Source of the DNA: Narcine bancroftii
Lineage: Eukaryota
Length of the DNA: 64,000 bases
Assembly: GCF_036971445.1 (NCBI RefSeq)
Contig: NC_091472.1
Coordinates: forward strand, 204,600,001-204,664,000
Direction: 5' to 3'
Made by a program: the position numbers and the translations under genes. Below the pieces are notes generated by a model. The model ran no database searches. It had not been told where the DNA came from and saw nothing but the letters and a program-made list of their open reading frames with translations. Below are positions 12,527 to 23,857 of the stretch, in pieces; the stretch's first letter is position 1; the number at the start of each line of letters is the position of its first letter.

Positions 12527-13922
12527 AAATAAATACAACTCTGACTGAGAGAGAATAAATACAACTCTGACTGAGAGAAAATAAATACAACTCTGACTGA
12601 GAGAAAATAAATACAACTCTGACTGAGAGAAAATAAATACAACTCTGACTGAGAGAGAATAAATACAACTCTGACTGAGAGAAAATAAATACAACTCTGA
12701 CTGAGAGAAAATAAATACAACTCTGACTGAGAGAGAATAAATACAACTCTGACTGAGAGAGAATAAATACAACTCTGACTGAGAGAGAATAAATACAACT
12801 CTGACTGAGAGAGAATAAATACAACTCTGACTGAGAGAGAATAAATACAACTCTGACTGAGAGAGAATAAATACAACTCTGACTGAGAGAGAATAAATAA
12901 AACTCTGACTGAGAGAGAATAAATACAACTCTGACTGAGAGAGAATAAATACAACTCTAACTGAGAGAATAAATACAACTCTGAGAGAGAATAAATACAA
13001 CTCTGAGAGAGAATAAATACAATTCTGAGAGAGAATAAATACAACTCTGAGAGAGAATAAATACAACTCTGAGAGAGAATAAATACAACTCTGACTGAGA
13101 GAGAATAAATACAACTCTGACTGAGAGAGAATAAATACAACTCTGACTGAGAGAGAATAAATACAACTCTGACTGAGAGAGAATAAATACAACTCTAACT
13201 GAGAGAGAATAAATACAACTCTGACTGAGAGAGAATAAATACAACTCTGAGAGAGAATAAATACAACTCTAACTGAGAGAGAATAAATACAACTCTAACT
13301 GAGAGAGAATAAATACAACTGACTGAGAGAGAATAAATACAACTCTGACTGAGAGAGAATAAATACAACTCTGAGAGAGAATAAATACAACTCTGACTGA
13401 GAGAGAATAAATACAACTCTGACTGAGAGAGAATAAATACAACTCTGACTGAGAGAGAATAAATACAACTCTGACTGAGAGAGAATAAATACAACTCTGA
13501 CTGAGAGAGAATAAATACAACTCTGACTGAGAGAGAATAAATACAACTCTGACTGAGAGAGAATAAATACAACTCTAACTGAGAGAGAATAAATACAACT
13601 CTGACTGAGAGAGAATAAATACAACTCTGACTGAGAGAGAATAAATACAACTCTGAGAGAGAATAAATACAACTCTGACTGAGAGAGAATAAATACAACT
13701 CTGACTGAGAGAGAATAAATACAACTCTGACTGAGAGAGAATAAATACAACTCTGACTGAGAGAGAATAAATACAACTCTGACTGAGAGAGAATAAATAC
13801 AACTCTGACTGAGAGAGAATAAATACAACTCTGACTGAGAGAGAATAAATACAACTCTGACTGAGAGAGAATAAATACAACTCTGACTGAGAGAGAATAA
13901 ATACAACTCTAACTGAGAGAGA
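12527..13922. repeat. Minisatellite, 26-bp unit CTGACTGAGAGAGAATAAATACAACT (~55 copies, with 22-bp and single-base variants), in the J-C intron
   Basis: Directly visible tandem array; copy number estimated from length. Confidence 0.98.
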
Positions 13923-14689
13923 CTGCATCACATTTTGTGATTGACAATGGCCCCGAAAGATTTTGTTTTGGTTTGAGTCCAATTCTCTGAATGAGATTTA
14001 AAATGTTACGAAGGATTCTTCCAGGACTCATCCAACGTCCTTCGTGGACGAGGAGGTCAGAAAAATTAAAGATAAAACTAAATGATTCTTTCCGTCAAAT
14101 TTAAAATGAAATACTGCAATGTTTAGCTCTGCCCTCGATTCCGTGTCTGCACTACCGTGGACAAAAGTCGCAACGTTATATTTGACTGTTATTGAAGTTT
14201 CCGGACACAGTGCAGCTGGTGGAGAGGAAGGCGGCCTAAAACCGCTCTGAACGCAAATCCAGGATTGGATTGGAAATTCATGCGAACCTGACGTGAGGAA
14301 CGCTCTTTCGCCGGGAGGTTCTTGATAATAAATGTAAACTTGAAAGTTTGAATGCGGGCCATTCTTGTTTCTAATCTCGGCTCTGACAAACTGCGAGGGA
14401 TTTAATAAATGCCACCGGCCTTTTAAAGGGAACTGAAGTAACGTTTTTAAATCCGTTGGTATTTTCCCTGCGGTAACTATCGTTCGCGAGGTCGCTGCGA
14501 CTGGATGTGAACCAGTCAGACTCTCCGAAGCACAGCACCACATGAAGAGAATTCGCACGACTTCGCTCGTTTTATATATTTTTTTCCAAATTAAGTCTCC
14601 ATTTCTAATCGTCTATCCACTTCCTGTCAATGATGACCATTTGAACTGAAGCACGAAGGTCTGTAGACCCCGTGGGGGCAGTGAAACAC

Positions 14690-15062
14690 AACGCTGGAGA
14701 AACTCAGCAGGTCAAACAGTGTCCTTTATGTGGAGATCCGCACTCTCAATGACTCGAAGGAACGCTCGGCTTTAACACACATTAGATTGCCCCTGGCCCG
14801 ACTCCATGTGCTCGAATGAATGGAAGGGAGGGGCAAGGGAGGTCGACATTTATGGCCAGGTCACAGGCGATCGAGTCACCAGAGGGCGGACCAGCCACTC
14901 GTACACAGAGCAGTATATACAGATCAGCACATCGAGCAAAGATTAAAATACATCACTGACGTTTCCGGCTTGAGCCCTTCATCAAGGGATGAACTGTCGG
15001 TGATGTATTTTTATCTTTTCTATATAAAGGACATTGTTTGACCTGTTGAGTTTCTCCAGCCT
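14690..15062. mobile_element. Palindromic Penelope-terminal-repeat-derived element with a ~200-bp TG...CA insert (~14729-14931)
   Basis: GCTGGAGAAACTCAGCAGGTCAAACAGTGTCCTTTAT (14693-) is the near reverse complement of 15024-15060. The same motif ends the Penelope fragment at ~55450-55495. Confidence 0.65.
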
Positions 15063-15695
15063 TGTGTTGTTTTTCTTTTACAATGATCGCCTCTTAGACT
15101 TGGGACTCTCCCTATTCTCAGAATTAAATAAAATCGCTTAATCTTCCCAAGGCCCCATCAAGCAATGGCAACAGCTCATAAAACTCATGGAACCAAGCAA
15201 GACGCCCAACCTCAACCATCTCAAGCGGAACCAGCCGCACCAGAACCCCGAGACAGAGATCGTCAGTCTGGGGAAAGTGGAATCATGGCACGGAGAGGCT
15301 TGAGAGATCATTCAAGTGTTTAAAACCCCCTCGGTCACTTCTTTGAGGGGTGCTGGATTCTCCGATAACCAGGGAGGCTCGGTTAGGTGACAGCAAGTGC
15401 CTCCGTGGGTCGAAGGGAGGGGACGATCGTAGAGACTTTGGGCTCCGTGCGTTCAGGTTTTGAGGCTGAAAGCAAACCCCGAGTTTGCAATGGAGAAACG
15501 GGGATCGTGAGCAAACAAAGAATTGCACTCGGCAGGTCGCCAGCGTTGAACTGGCCAGTCACCCTCTCGGATTGATAAAGGGTGCCTTCCGACCTTTACC
15601 ACCCACGGGTGCTGTCGGACCGGCTGAATGCCTTCAGCCATCCTTTGTTTGGCGACGTTTGACACACGTTTTTGCATCGTGAATAATTGACTTAC

Positions 15696-16043
15696 TGCCC
15701 AGATTCAATTTGGTTCCTCTCCCGAAGGTGAACGCATCACTGCTACTGCGGGTCGCACCGCAGTAATAATCGGCCGCGTCCTCCCGCTGAACGTTGGCGA
15801 TGGTTAAATGCATCTTGTTCTCGGATTCCTCCACGGTGCCGGTGAATCGGTCTGGAATTCCCGGCCCTCGGGTAGAGCTTTCGTACCATACAAAGACAGG
15901 GGCGCTGCCGGGTTTCTGCTGGTACCAGCTCGTGTACAAGCTACTGAGCTTGTCACCGGACAGGGTGCAGGTGATCTTGACGGTGTTTCCTGGAGACGTG
16001 GAGATGGACGTCGGCTGGGTCAAAATTCTCTCCGAGTTTGTCA
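15696..16043 (-). CDS. IGL: Germline-joined Ig light-chain V-J exon (lambda/type II)
   Basis: Acceptor ttattcactAG (16045-16044). Protein ILTQPTSISTSPGNTVKITC...WYQQKPGSAP...GIPDRF...EDAADYYCGATRSSSDAFTFGRGTKLNLG, then the phase-1 donor GTAAG at 15695. V runs into FGxG in frame with no RSS. Confidence 0.96.
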
Positions 16044-16124
16044 CTAGTGAATAAAAACAAATCAGTTTTCAGAAGGAGGAAAACAATGAGCGCGACCCAA
16101 ATCCCCGTAACATTAACGACTTAC

Positions 16125-16173
16125 CTTGGAAAAGGATTGCCAAGGCGGCAAGAACGCGGATCCATTCAGCCAT
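16125..16173 (-). CDS. IGL: Ig light-chain leader exon (MAEWIRVLAALAILFQ-)
   Basis: ATG at 16173, hydrophobic peptide, 49 nt ending in the phase-1 donor GTAAGT. An 81-bp intron joins it in frame to the VJ exon. Confidence 0.93.
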
Positions 16174-16238
16174 GTTCAACGCGATGGAGGACTGTTCCGC
16201 GACTGAAGTCCGGTGCCGAGGTCTCTCCACATCCCTCC

Positions 16239-16304
16239 TTAAAAAGTCTTCAGCGACCCAACGTCATTCATGATTAATTCTTCATGCAAATCTCTAACCA
16301 CGTG
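16239..16304 (-). promoter_or_regulatory. Ig light-chain promoter: octamer ATTTGCAT (16284-16291), TATA-like TTTTTAA (16239-16245), CRE-like TGACGT (16261-16266), E-box CACGTG (16299-16304)
   Basis: Perfect octamer in light-chain orientation ~110 bp upstream of the ATG. Confidence 0.85.
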
Positions 16305-16504
16305 ACATCGAATCCTTGGTGGGGCGTCAACCGATGTTTCACAGCTCCAGCAGTTGGGAGAAGACGGCAGGAAACGGAGCGGAAACCCCCGAGAGACCCA
16401 GGGATGGGAATCGCTGTTAATTCCTCAGAATAAGAGGGGTCGGTTGCCGCGTGGGATGTGTTATTTGAAGAAACTGCATAAACATTGCACTCAATGCCTT
16501 GGGT

Positions 16505-16880
16505 CAGTGGTCCTCAACCCTTTTCTTTCCACTCACATCCCACTTTAAGTAATCCCTCTACCGTCGGTGCTCTGTGATTAGTCAGGGGTTGCTTAAGGTG
16601 GGATGTGGGTGGGAAGAAAAGGGTTGAGAACCACTGTTTTCATCGTCATTAATTGGCTCTTGTGCATATCTCCAAAGGAAATGGGCCAGTGATAATTTTT
16701 CTCAGTGATAATTTTTCTCAAGCAAAATATTTCAGTAACAATTGGGTCCAGAGCAGTGATTCTCAACCCCTCCCCATTCATATCCCATCTTAAGCAATCC
16801 CTTGCTAATCACAGAGATCCGATGGCAGAGGGATTACTTAAAGTGGGATGTGGGTGGGAAGGGCAAATGGAGAACCACTG
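16505..16880. mobile_element. hAT-type MITE with CAGTGGTTCTCAAC-like TIRs and internal inverted subunits
   Basis: Terminal CAGTGGTCCTCAAC...GAGAACCACTG. Homologous to 53246-53538 and 55872-56231. Confidence 0.75.
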
Positions 16881-16999
16881 CTTGGAAAGCCCTTTTAACT
16901 AAGTGGAGATAGTTTGAATATTCTTCAATCATTAGCTTGTCTACTGGAGATCTAACTATTTAATTACCCCATTAAAAGTCATGGGAGAGTCCGTACATA

Positions 17000-19900
17000 C
17001 GTGTGTGTGTGAGAGAGAGTATTGTTAATTCAACCGTCGAGTTGGAGACCACGGGAAAAGCAGTAAACATCACTGCGTTGGAGCAGAAATGTGAACAGGT
17101 AACGCCCGAGGCGAATATAAAACAGGAGCCAAGCGAAAGGAGCCGGCAAATTATGTTAAGACTTGGGAAAATCGAGATGGGGGCGGGGGTGTATTTAAGG
17201 CGAACTTTCAGAAGACACAAACTAGGCAAATGTAAAAGGAAATGTACCTGAAAGTTTGTGAGGTTGCATTAAAGATGGGGAAAAAACCTATTATTTGGCA
17301 AATTCAGCGGATGGTCAGGAAATTGGAGGGAATGCGTGTATTGTTCATAAAAAAAGTTTCATGGATGTGGAAATATTGAATTATCAGCCAAGACCTGTTT
17401 CAGATGTAAAACATGATAGCCAGTATTTCTAAAGACTTTTGAACGACTTACAGAGTCATTTTTACAAAGGCCTGTGGAATAAAAATGAGGCGGAGCCAGT
17501 TTCAAACGAGCATTTAGCACCGTTCTTCATCAGAGAGAATCCAAAGGACATCGCAGGGCGAACCGCACACCGAGCACGGGAAGTGAGGGAGGAATTCGGG
17601 AAAGTGACAAGGGACAGGGCGATGTTACTGAGTCGGTTGTTGGATCTGCAGGTGAAGTCTCCATGGTATATAGGACTTATTCAGAGGTCTTGATTCATCC
17701 CGACGTAGTACTGAGTACTAACTGTTCGAAATTACGGGGAAAAATCCCATACTTTTTCATTCCAAGGGGTGGGGGAGATTCAAGTTAGTGGACCGAAGGG
17801 CGGCTGGTTTAACGCCTTCACAGAGAATTGTCAGAAACTATTAATAAAAAAAAACGGTAGCGTCTGTACTGTGCAACAATTCAAAGTAATCTCGAGAAAC
17901 TAATATTGTGAAAGGGAAATCGCGTCTCACCAGTGTAATGAAGCGCTGGCGTGTGGTTGATAACTGGTAACCATTTGATAAAGAGCTACAGCAAAGGTTT
18001 TGGCTGATAATCAACAGTCATGCTGTTTGTGGTAACATTGGTGGGTAGGACATTGCCTGGCTAACAAGAAGCAGGGAATAGGCATAATGTTCATTTCTTA
18101 GCCGAAAGTAAGGGAGAGGTGCAGCTGGGATCGCAACATGTTATGATGTCGAAGTGCGACTCGGAAATAACGGCCAAGTATAAGGCGGTGAAATGTGCTA
18201 AAGCCGCAAAGATAAGCAGGAATAGACAAGGACAGGGGTATTCAAGAGCACAAAAGAAGGCTACAGTGGATGTAGATCTTTTATGTGAGATGGCAAATGG
18301 AATATATTGTGGAAAGACGTTTGTCCATTTTGACAGAATCCAATAGGTCAATGTTTGCAGGGCTTTCAGATGTGGAGCCAATCTCGGCGCCCTTCTCCGT
18401 CATGTGGCGGTACAATTCACCAGGACAGCTAAAGGAACGTTGTCTTTGAAGGATCGGAGAAGTGAATGCAAAGGAAATTAATTTACAGAGGGATTTGATG
18501 CGCCTCGTCCGCAGTGCCGTGCAGAGTATCGGGATGCAAATCTCTTTGGAGCAGTTCAGAAAACATTTGCCGATAGAGACCTGTTGGCTTGGGGAGACAT
18601 TTTAGGAGTTGAAAAAGATTGACTGGCGGTTTGATCGAAATATCAAAGATCGGGCGAAGTCTTGAGAAGGTGGTGGGGTGGATCCTTGTGGGAGAATGTA
18701 GAACTAAAGGTCATGGCTTTTTAAATACTGCTTATTTAAAACCGAGACGAAGGAGAAAAAAAGCACTTAGAAAGTATCAAGTCTTCGCAACAGTTTCTCA
18801 AGCGGTAATGGAATTATTGGCGCGTCCCTCTCAGCATGTACTGTTGATATTGAGCAGAATGGGGGCCAGTTAACGACCACGCCCGACACTGCATGGTTTT
18901 CAATGTCACTGAGCGTCTAGAAGATTGAATAAAGGGTTACATTAAATAAATAAGCGGTCACCCTTTTAAAATGGAACAATACAGTTCATATTAAACTTCC
19001 TTGACCAAGGACCAAGGTCGCAATGGAGGTGTGGGGGGTGGTTGGATGGGAGAAGTTACCTTATCTTATGCTCCCTCCCAAACCTGCAACCTCAACGCCA
19101 ATGAATGCAGACATTCGACTGAATTGACGGGAATTGTATACCGTGTCGCACTGTGATTTGCAGTTCCCATCTAAGTAAAACTAAATCTGAAATTAAAACC
19201 CGAGATTGGGAACGGTGCATCCAGCAACGTGCTGGGGGAACTCAGTGGGTCGCAGCATCTATTGGAAGGAAAGCGTAGCCAACGTTTCGGGCCTGGGCTC
19301 TCCGTCGGGTAGCTGTGGTTTGTCGTAAGATATAATTTACATTGAAGAAGGTGGAATTCAATACAAAGAACAATGAGTGGTTTAATTTTTGTGGGGGGTG
19401 GGGAGGCTCGTGTTTCTGAAGATACAACGTGGAATATTCCGGTTTGCGTGGACATAAAAGATCTGGCGCTTTAAACAGATACTTTTACCTGTAACTCACT
19501 GCCAGTGAAGGGGATGAAGTTCCATTAATTCCGTTTCAGAACGGAATGGGATGGCTGAGTCGGGAAAATAAACCAGGGTTTTGGAAAAAGAGCTGAGGTT
19601 TGTTCTCAGATGTGGACATGAGCCCTAACCCTAACCCTAATATGTCAACCACATGGCTTGTGAGTTGGGGAATGGGAAAATGTGAAGTTATCCACTTTGG
19701 CAGTAAAAACTGAGAAAAATAAAACGTGGTCAGAAAATATTCCTCAAAAATCCCTGGATGTTCTTTTACGAGTCATTGGATGTTCATATCCAGAGGCAAC
19801 AGGAACAGACAAGTGGTTCATTGGATTTTAAGCAATTTAAGCGCAGGAGAGCGGGGAATGTTTGCGAGGATGTGGCCGGGACTAGGGGGCCTGAGCTATC

Positions 19901-20610
19901 TGGAGAGGTTGGTGAGGCTGGAGAGGTTCCTTACATCGAGGGAGGTTGAAGGGTGATCTGATAAAAGTTTGCAATTTCGTGAGAGGACGAGATCGGGCGA
20001 ATGCAGAGAGCCTTTTGCCCAGAGTATGGGAACCGGTAACCAGAGGACGTAGGTTTAAGGCGAGGGGAAGAGAATTAATAGAACGGTGAAGGTAACTGGG
20101 AGGTTGACATCCAGTCCAGGGAAATTGGGAGTCAATGAAAAAATGGGTGGGGTAAGGAATATGTGGGGAAATCGCGGATGTAGGTGGGGAGGGATTGGAC
20201 CGGGAAGAGAAGATGGAGTCACGGTCAGATGAAACTCGTTCTGTAGGGCAAGAGTTTCTAGTTCAGGATATTTGAAAAGTTATTGAAGCCATTTCTGGGA
20301 CAATCCACAGAGGGTAGTGGATGTATGGGGCGGGCTGCTGGAGGAGCTTGTTGAGACAGGTGCTTTTGTGATGTTTGAGAATAGAAAACGGACGGATACC
20401 TGGATAGGATGGATTGAAAGGGACATGCAAAAAGCAGGCAGGCGCGATTAGCAGGGGTGGAACATCTTGGGCAAATCGGCCGAAGGAGCTGTTTCCACGC
20501 TGCGAGACTCCATGACTCTCTAACAGGAACCACGGTCTCAAAATTAGGACAGGAGATTTTGGAGTGAAATGAGAAGAAATTCCTTCACTCATGGCATGGT
20601 GAATCCTCTA
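17000..20610 (+). mobile_element. Mosaic of old, degraded CR1-like fragments and a Penelope-terminal fragment (~19215-19310)
   Basis: Degraded CR1 RT/3' motifs (AAATGTGAAGTTATCCACTTTGG; GGLSYLERL..L; ACTAAAGGTCAT). Boundaries are approximate. Confidence 0.5.
19623..19640 (-). repeat. Interstitial telomeric repeat (TTAGGG)3
   Basis: CCCTAACCCTAACCCTAA on the plus strand. Confidence 0.8.
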
Positions 20611-20915
20611 TGGATGCTGGTATATAGTGCGTTATGGGCCCACAAGAAGCGTGTGGCAGCAATCCGTGTTTAAACTGTTTTGTGTGTTTGTGTGGGTGTG
20701 TACGGTATATAATATATATGTATATTTATCTGTCTACAATATACATACTGTGTGTCACACAAATATATACAGATGCACATAGACTCATATACACACCCAT
20801 AAACACAAATGAAGACACACACCTACACCACACGCATGTACCCACACATATGCATACACATGCAAACATCACACACACACATACATACAGACACACATAC
20901 ATATACACAAACACA

Positions 20916-21907
20916 CTGTTACGAGCCCAGAGGACCTCAAAACCCAGCAGCAATAGATATTCACCAAGACAAATGGATACTTTAAAAAAGTTGTTTTTAA
21001 TTATCTTTAAACATGAAAATAGAATCAAACTTTTAACTTACCTAAACTAACTTAACCCTCTTCTAATTCTAAGTGCACGTGTATGTGATGTGTGTATGTA
21101 AGTTCAAAAAAGTACCTTGGTCCAATCTCACTTTTCATTCCTCCAAGTTCACTGGTCGCAGGCAATTCTTATACTGTGCACAGAATTTAACATTTATAAA
21201 GTTCACCAAGCATTGGAGCTTGAAAGGTAAATGGTTACCACTCAGGAAGGCTCTTCTCAGTTTTGAGAGAGAGATTTGTTTTTCCAGGACATCCACAACT
21301 GATATACTTCCATCAGTCACCTCAGTGTCTTGCTGACCTAACTTGCCCCATCAGGGTTCTCCAGATGAAACCTCTTTCTTTCAGGTCACCACAAAATTCC
21401 TTTTTGTTTCACTTATTCTAAGTGAAACAATAGACAGCCAGTCCTCTCCTCTTGCATGAACCACAAAGGCTTTGACCAGGCCATCTTCCAAATTGGGGCA
21501 TTCTACAAGCTTGCCAGCTTGTCCTGTTCCAGTCCCAGCTGTTGTCTGCTGGCTGTAACACTGTACAAGTGATCTCTGTGTGTGTCTCTCTCTTTGACAG
21601 AAAGCCTGTTTGACTTTCGCTGCTTGCAAAAGCATATGAACCTCTTATAATTGCAAGCTCTCTTCCAGACAGCAGCAGCTCTGACATGTTCTTTCATCTA
21701 TTGCCTTTTGTAAACAACCATCCATTAGTGAAGTCTCTTGAGCACTCTTCAAAGTTCTTGCAAAGGGTCTGAGACCCTGATATATCTCACATAGGGCAGA
21801 GCTCCAGTATTTCAAATAAGATCTGTTTTAAAGTGTTTGTATGTAACCTACTCTAACAAACCTTTCCCAATATATCTCGCAAAAACTTATCTATATACTC
21901 TGAAACA
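20916..21907. mobile_element. ~1-kb solo LTR (family X) inserted in a CA-rich simple repeat
   Basis: TG...CA termini and ACAC on both sides. Homologous to 42061-43260 (inverted) and 57713-63453. Confidence 0.75.
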
Positions 21908-22124
21908 ACACACATACACATTCACACACATACATAAGCATACATGCACCCACACACATACAGACACACACACACACACACACACAAATATAATGAACTG
22001 CATTATCAGCTATGCAATTTATTGACTTCAGTAGCTTGTTATTTTTGTAATTTAAAGAGATAAATTAATTTGAATGCATTTGGAATCCCATTGGGAAAAG
22101 GCAGGACCTCTAGGATTGCACTAT

Positions 22125-23857
22125 AACCATTTAACAATTTACACTACGGAAACAGGCCATATTGGCCCTTCTAGTCCACACCGATTTATGTGAAACTCCA
22201 CTAGTTCCACTTACCCACTCACTTGCCCACAACCCCCCCAACCAGCTCACATCCATGTTCTCAAATCTAACCTCCTCTTAAATGACAGAATTGACCCTGC
22301 CGCAACTACTTCTTCTGGTAGATAATTCCACTCAGCCACCACTCTCTGAGTGAAGAAGCATCCTCTTATATTACTCCTAAAATTTTGCCCCCTAACCCTT
22401 AACATGACCCCTTGTTTCAATCTCCTCTACCCTCAGGGGAAAGAGCCTATTCTCATCTACTCTATCTGTTCCCTTCATAATTTTAAATACCTCTATCAAA
22501 TCCCCTCTCAACCTTCTACGCTCCAATGAATAGAGTTCCAGTCTACTCAATCTTTCTCCGTATTCAAGATACTGCAATCCAGGCAACATTTTTGTAAACC
22601 TTTTTTGCACCCTCTCTACCTTATTTATATCCTTCCTATAATTTGGAGACCAGAACTGCACATAATACTCCAATTCTGGCCTCACCAATTCCTTAAACAG
22701 TCTCAACATTACCTCCCAGCTCCTATATTCTATGCTATGATTTATAAAGGCCAGCATACCAAAAGCCTTCTTCCTATCTACATGGGAATCTAACTTCAAG
22801 GAACACTGAACTGTTATTCCAAGATCCCTCTGTTCCTTTGCATTCCTCAATGCCCTCCCCTTCACTGCATACATCCTATTTTGGTTATTTCTCCCAAAAT
22901 GAAGCACCTCACAGTTATCTACATTAAACTCTGTCTGCCACCTTTCAGGCCTCCTTTCCAAACAGTCCAAATCCTTCTGTAGTCCATGTAAACCCTCCTC
23001 ACTATCCACAACTCCCTCTATTTTTGTATCGTCCGCATATTTACTCACGCAATTTACCACTCCATCATCCAAATCATTAATATAAATGATGAACAACAAA
23101 GGACCCAACACTGATCCCTGAGGCACACCGCTCGTCACCGCCCTCCATCCTGACAGACAGTTGTCCACCATGACTCTCTGGTTCCTATCTTCTAGCAACC
23201 ACTGAACCCATCTACCTATCTCTCTATTGATCCCTAGAGATTGAACCTTATTCACTAACCTTCCATAAGGAACCTTATCAAAAGCCTTACTAAGATCCAA
23301 ATAGACCACATCAACTTCTTTACTTTCATCAACCTTTTTGGTCACCTCTTCAAAAAATTCAACAAGATTCATCAAACACCACTTTCCCCTCACAAACCCA
23401 TGTTGGGTGTCCCTGATCAATCCCTGCATATCCAGATATTTATACATATTATCCCTAAGAATTCTTTCCATTAGTTTCCCCACCACCAATGTCAAACTTA
23501 CTGGTCTATAGTTGCTTGGCCTACACCTTGCACCCTTTTTAAACAGAGGAACCACGTTTGCAACCCGTCAATCCCGCGGATCCACACCCTCCTTCAGTGA
23601 CCATTGAAAAATCACTGTCAGAGCCTCTGCTATTTCCTCCCTGACCTCCCTTCAGGTCCTGGGAAAAATCTCATCAGGACCAGGAGACTTATCTACCTTT
23701 ATACACCCCAGAAGTTCTAAAGTCCCATCTTTACTAATCCCTATCCTTTCCATAACTAACACTTTTGCTTCACTTATCCTACACAATTCAATATCCCTTT
23801 CTTTCATGAACACTGATGAGAAGAATGTATTCAATATCTCTCCCATCTCACACATAC
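22125..23857 (-). mobile_element. 5'-truncated CR1 LINE with a 387-aa open RT region
   Basis: ORF 22392-23555 has PLFKKG, NYRPVSL, YLDLSKAFDKVP, SGVPQGSVLGPLLF, YADDTK and SLERRRLRGDLIEVFKI. Confidence 0.95.

Noticed and set aside
12527-13922. CRISPR-like array
   Set aside because: The units are contiguous with no unique spacers, and the context is vertebrate.
12441-13982. Multiple long minus-strand ORFs (MYLFSLSQSCIYSLSVRVVF... repeats)
   Set aside because: Artefact of a stop-free 26-bp minisatellite cycling through all three frames.
14170-14212. J-like peptide LCPETSITVK next to the intronic heptamer
   Set aside because: No FGxG, it overlaps the heptamer itself, and there is no splice donor at the expected position.
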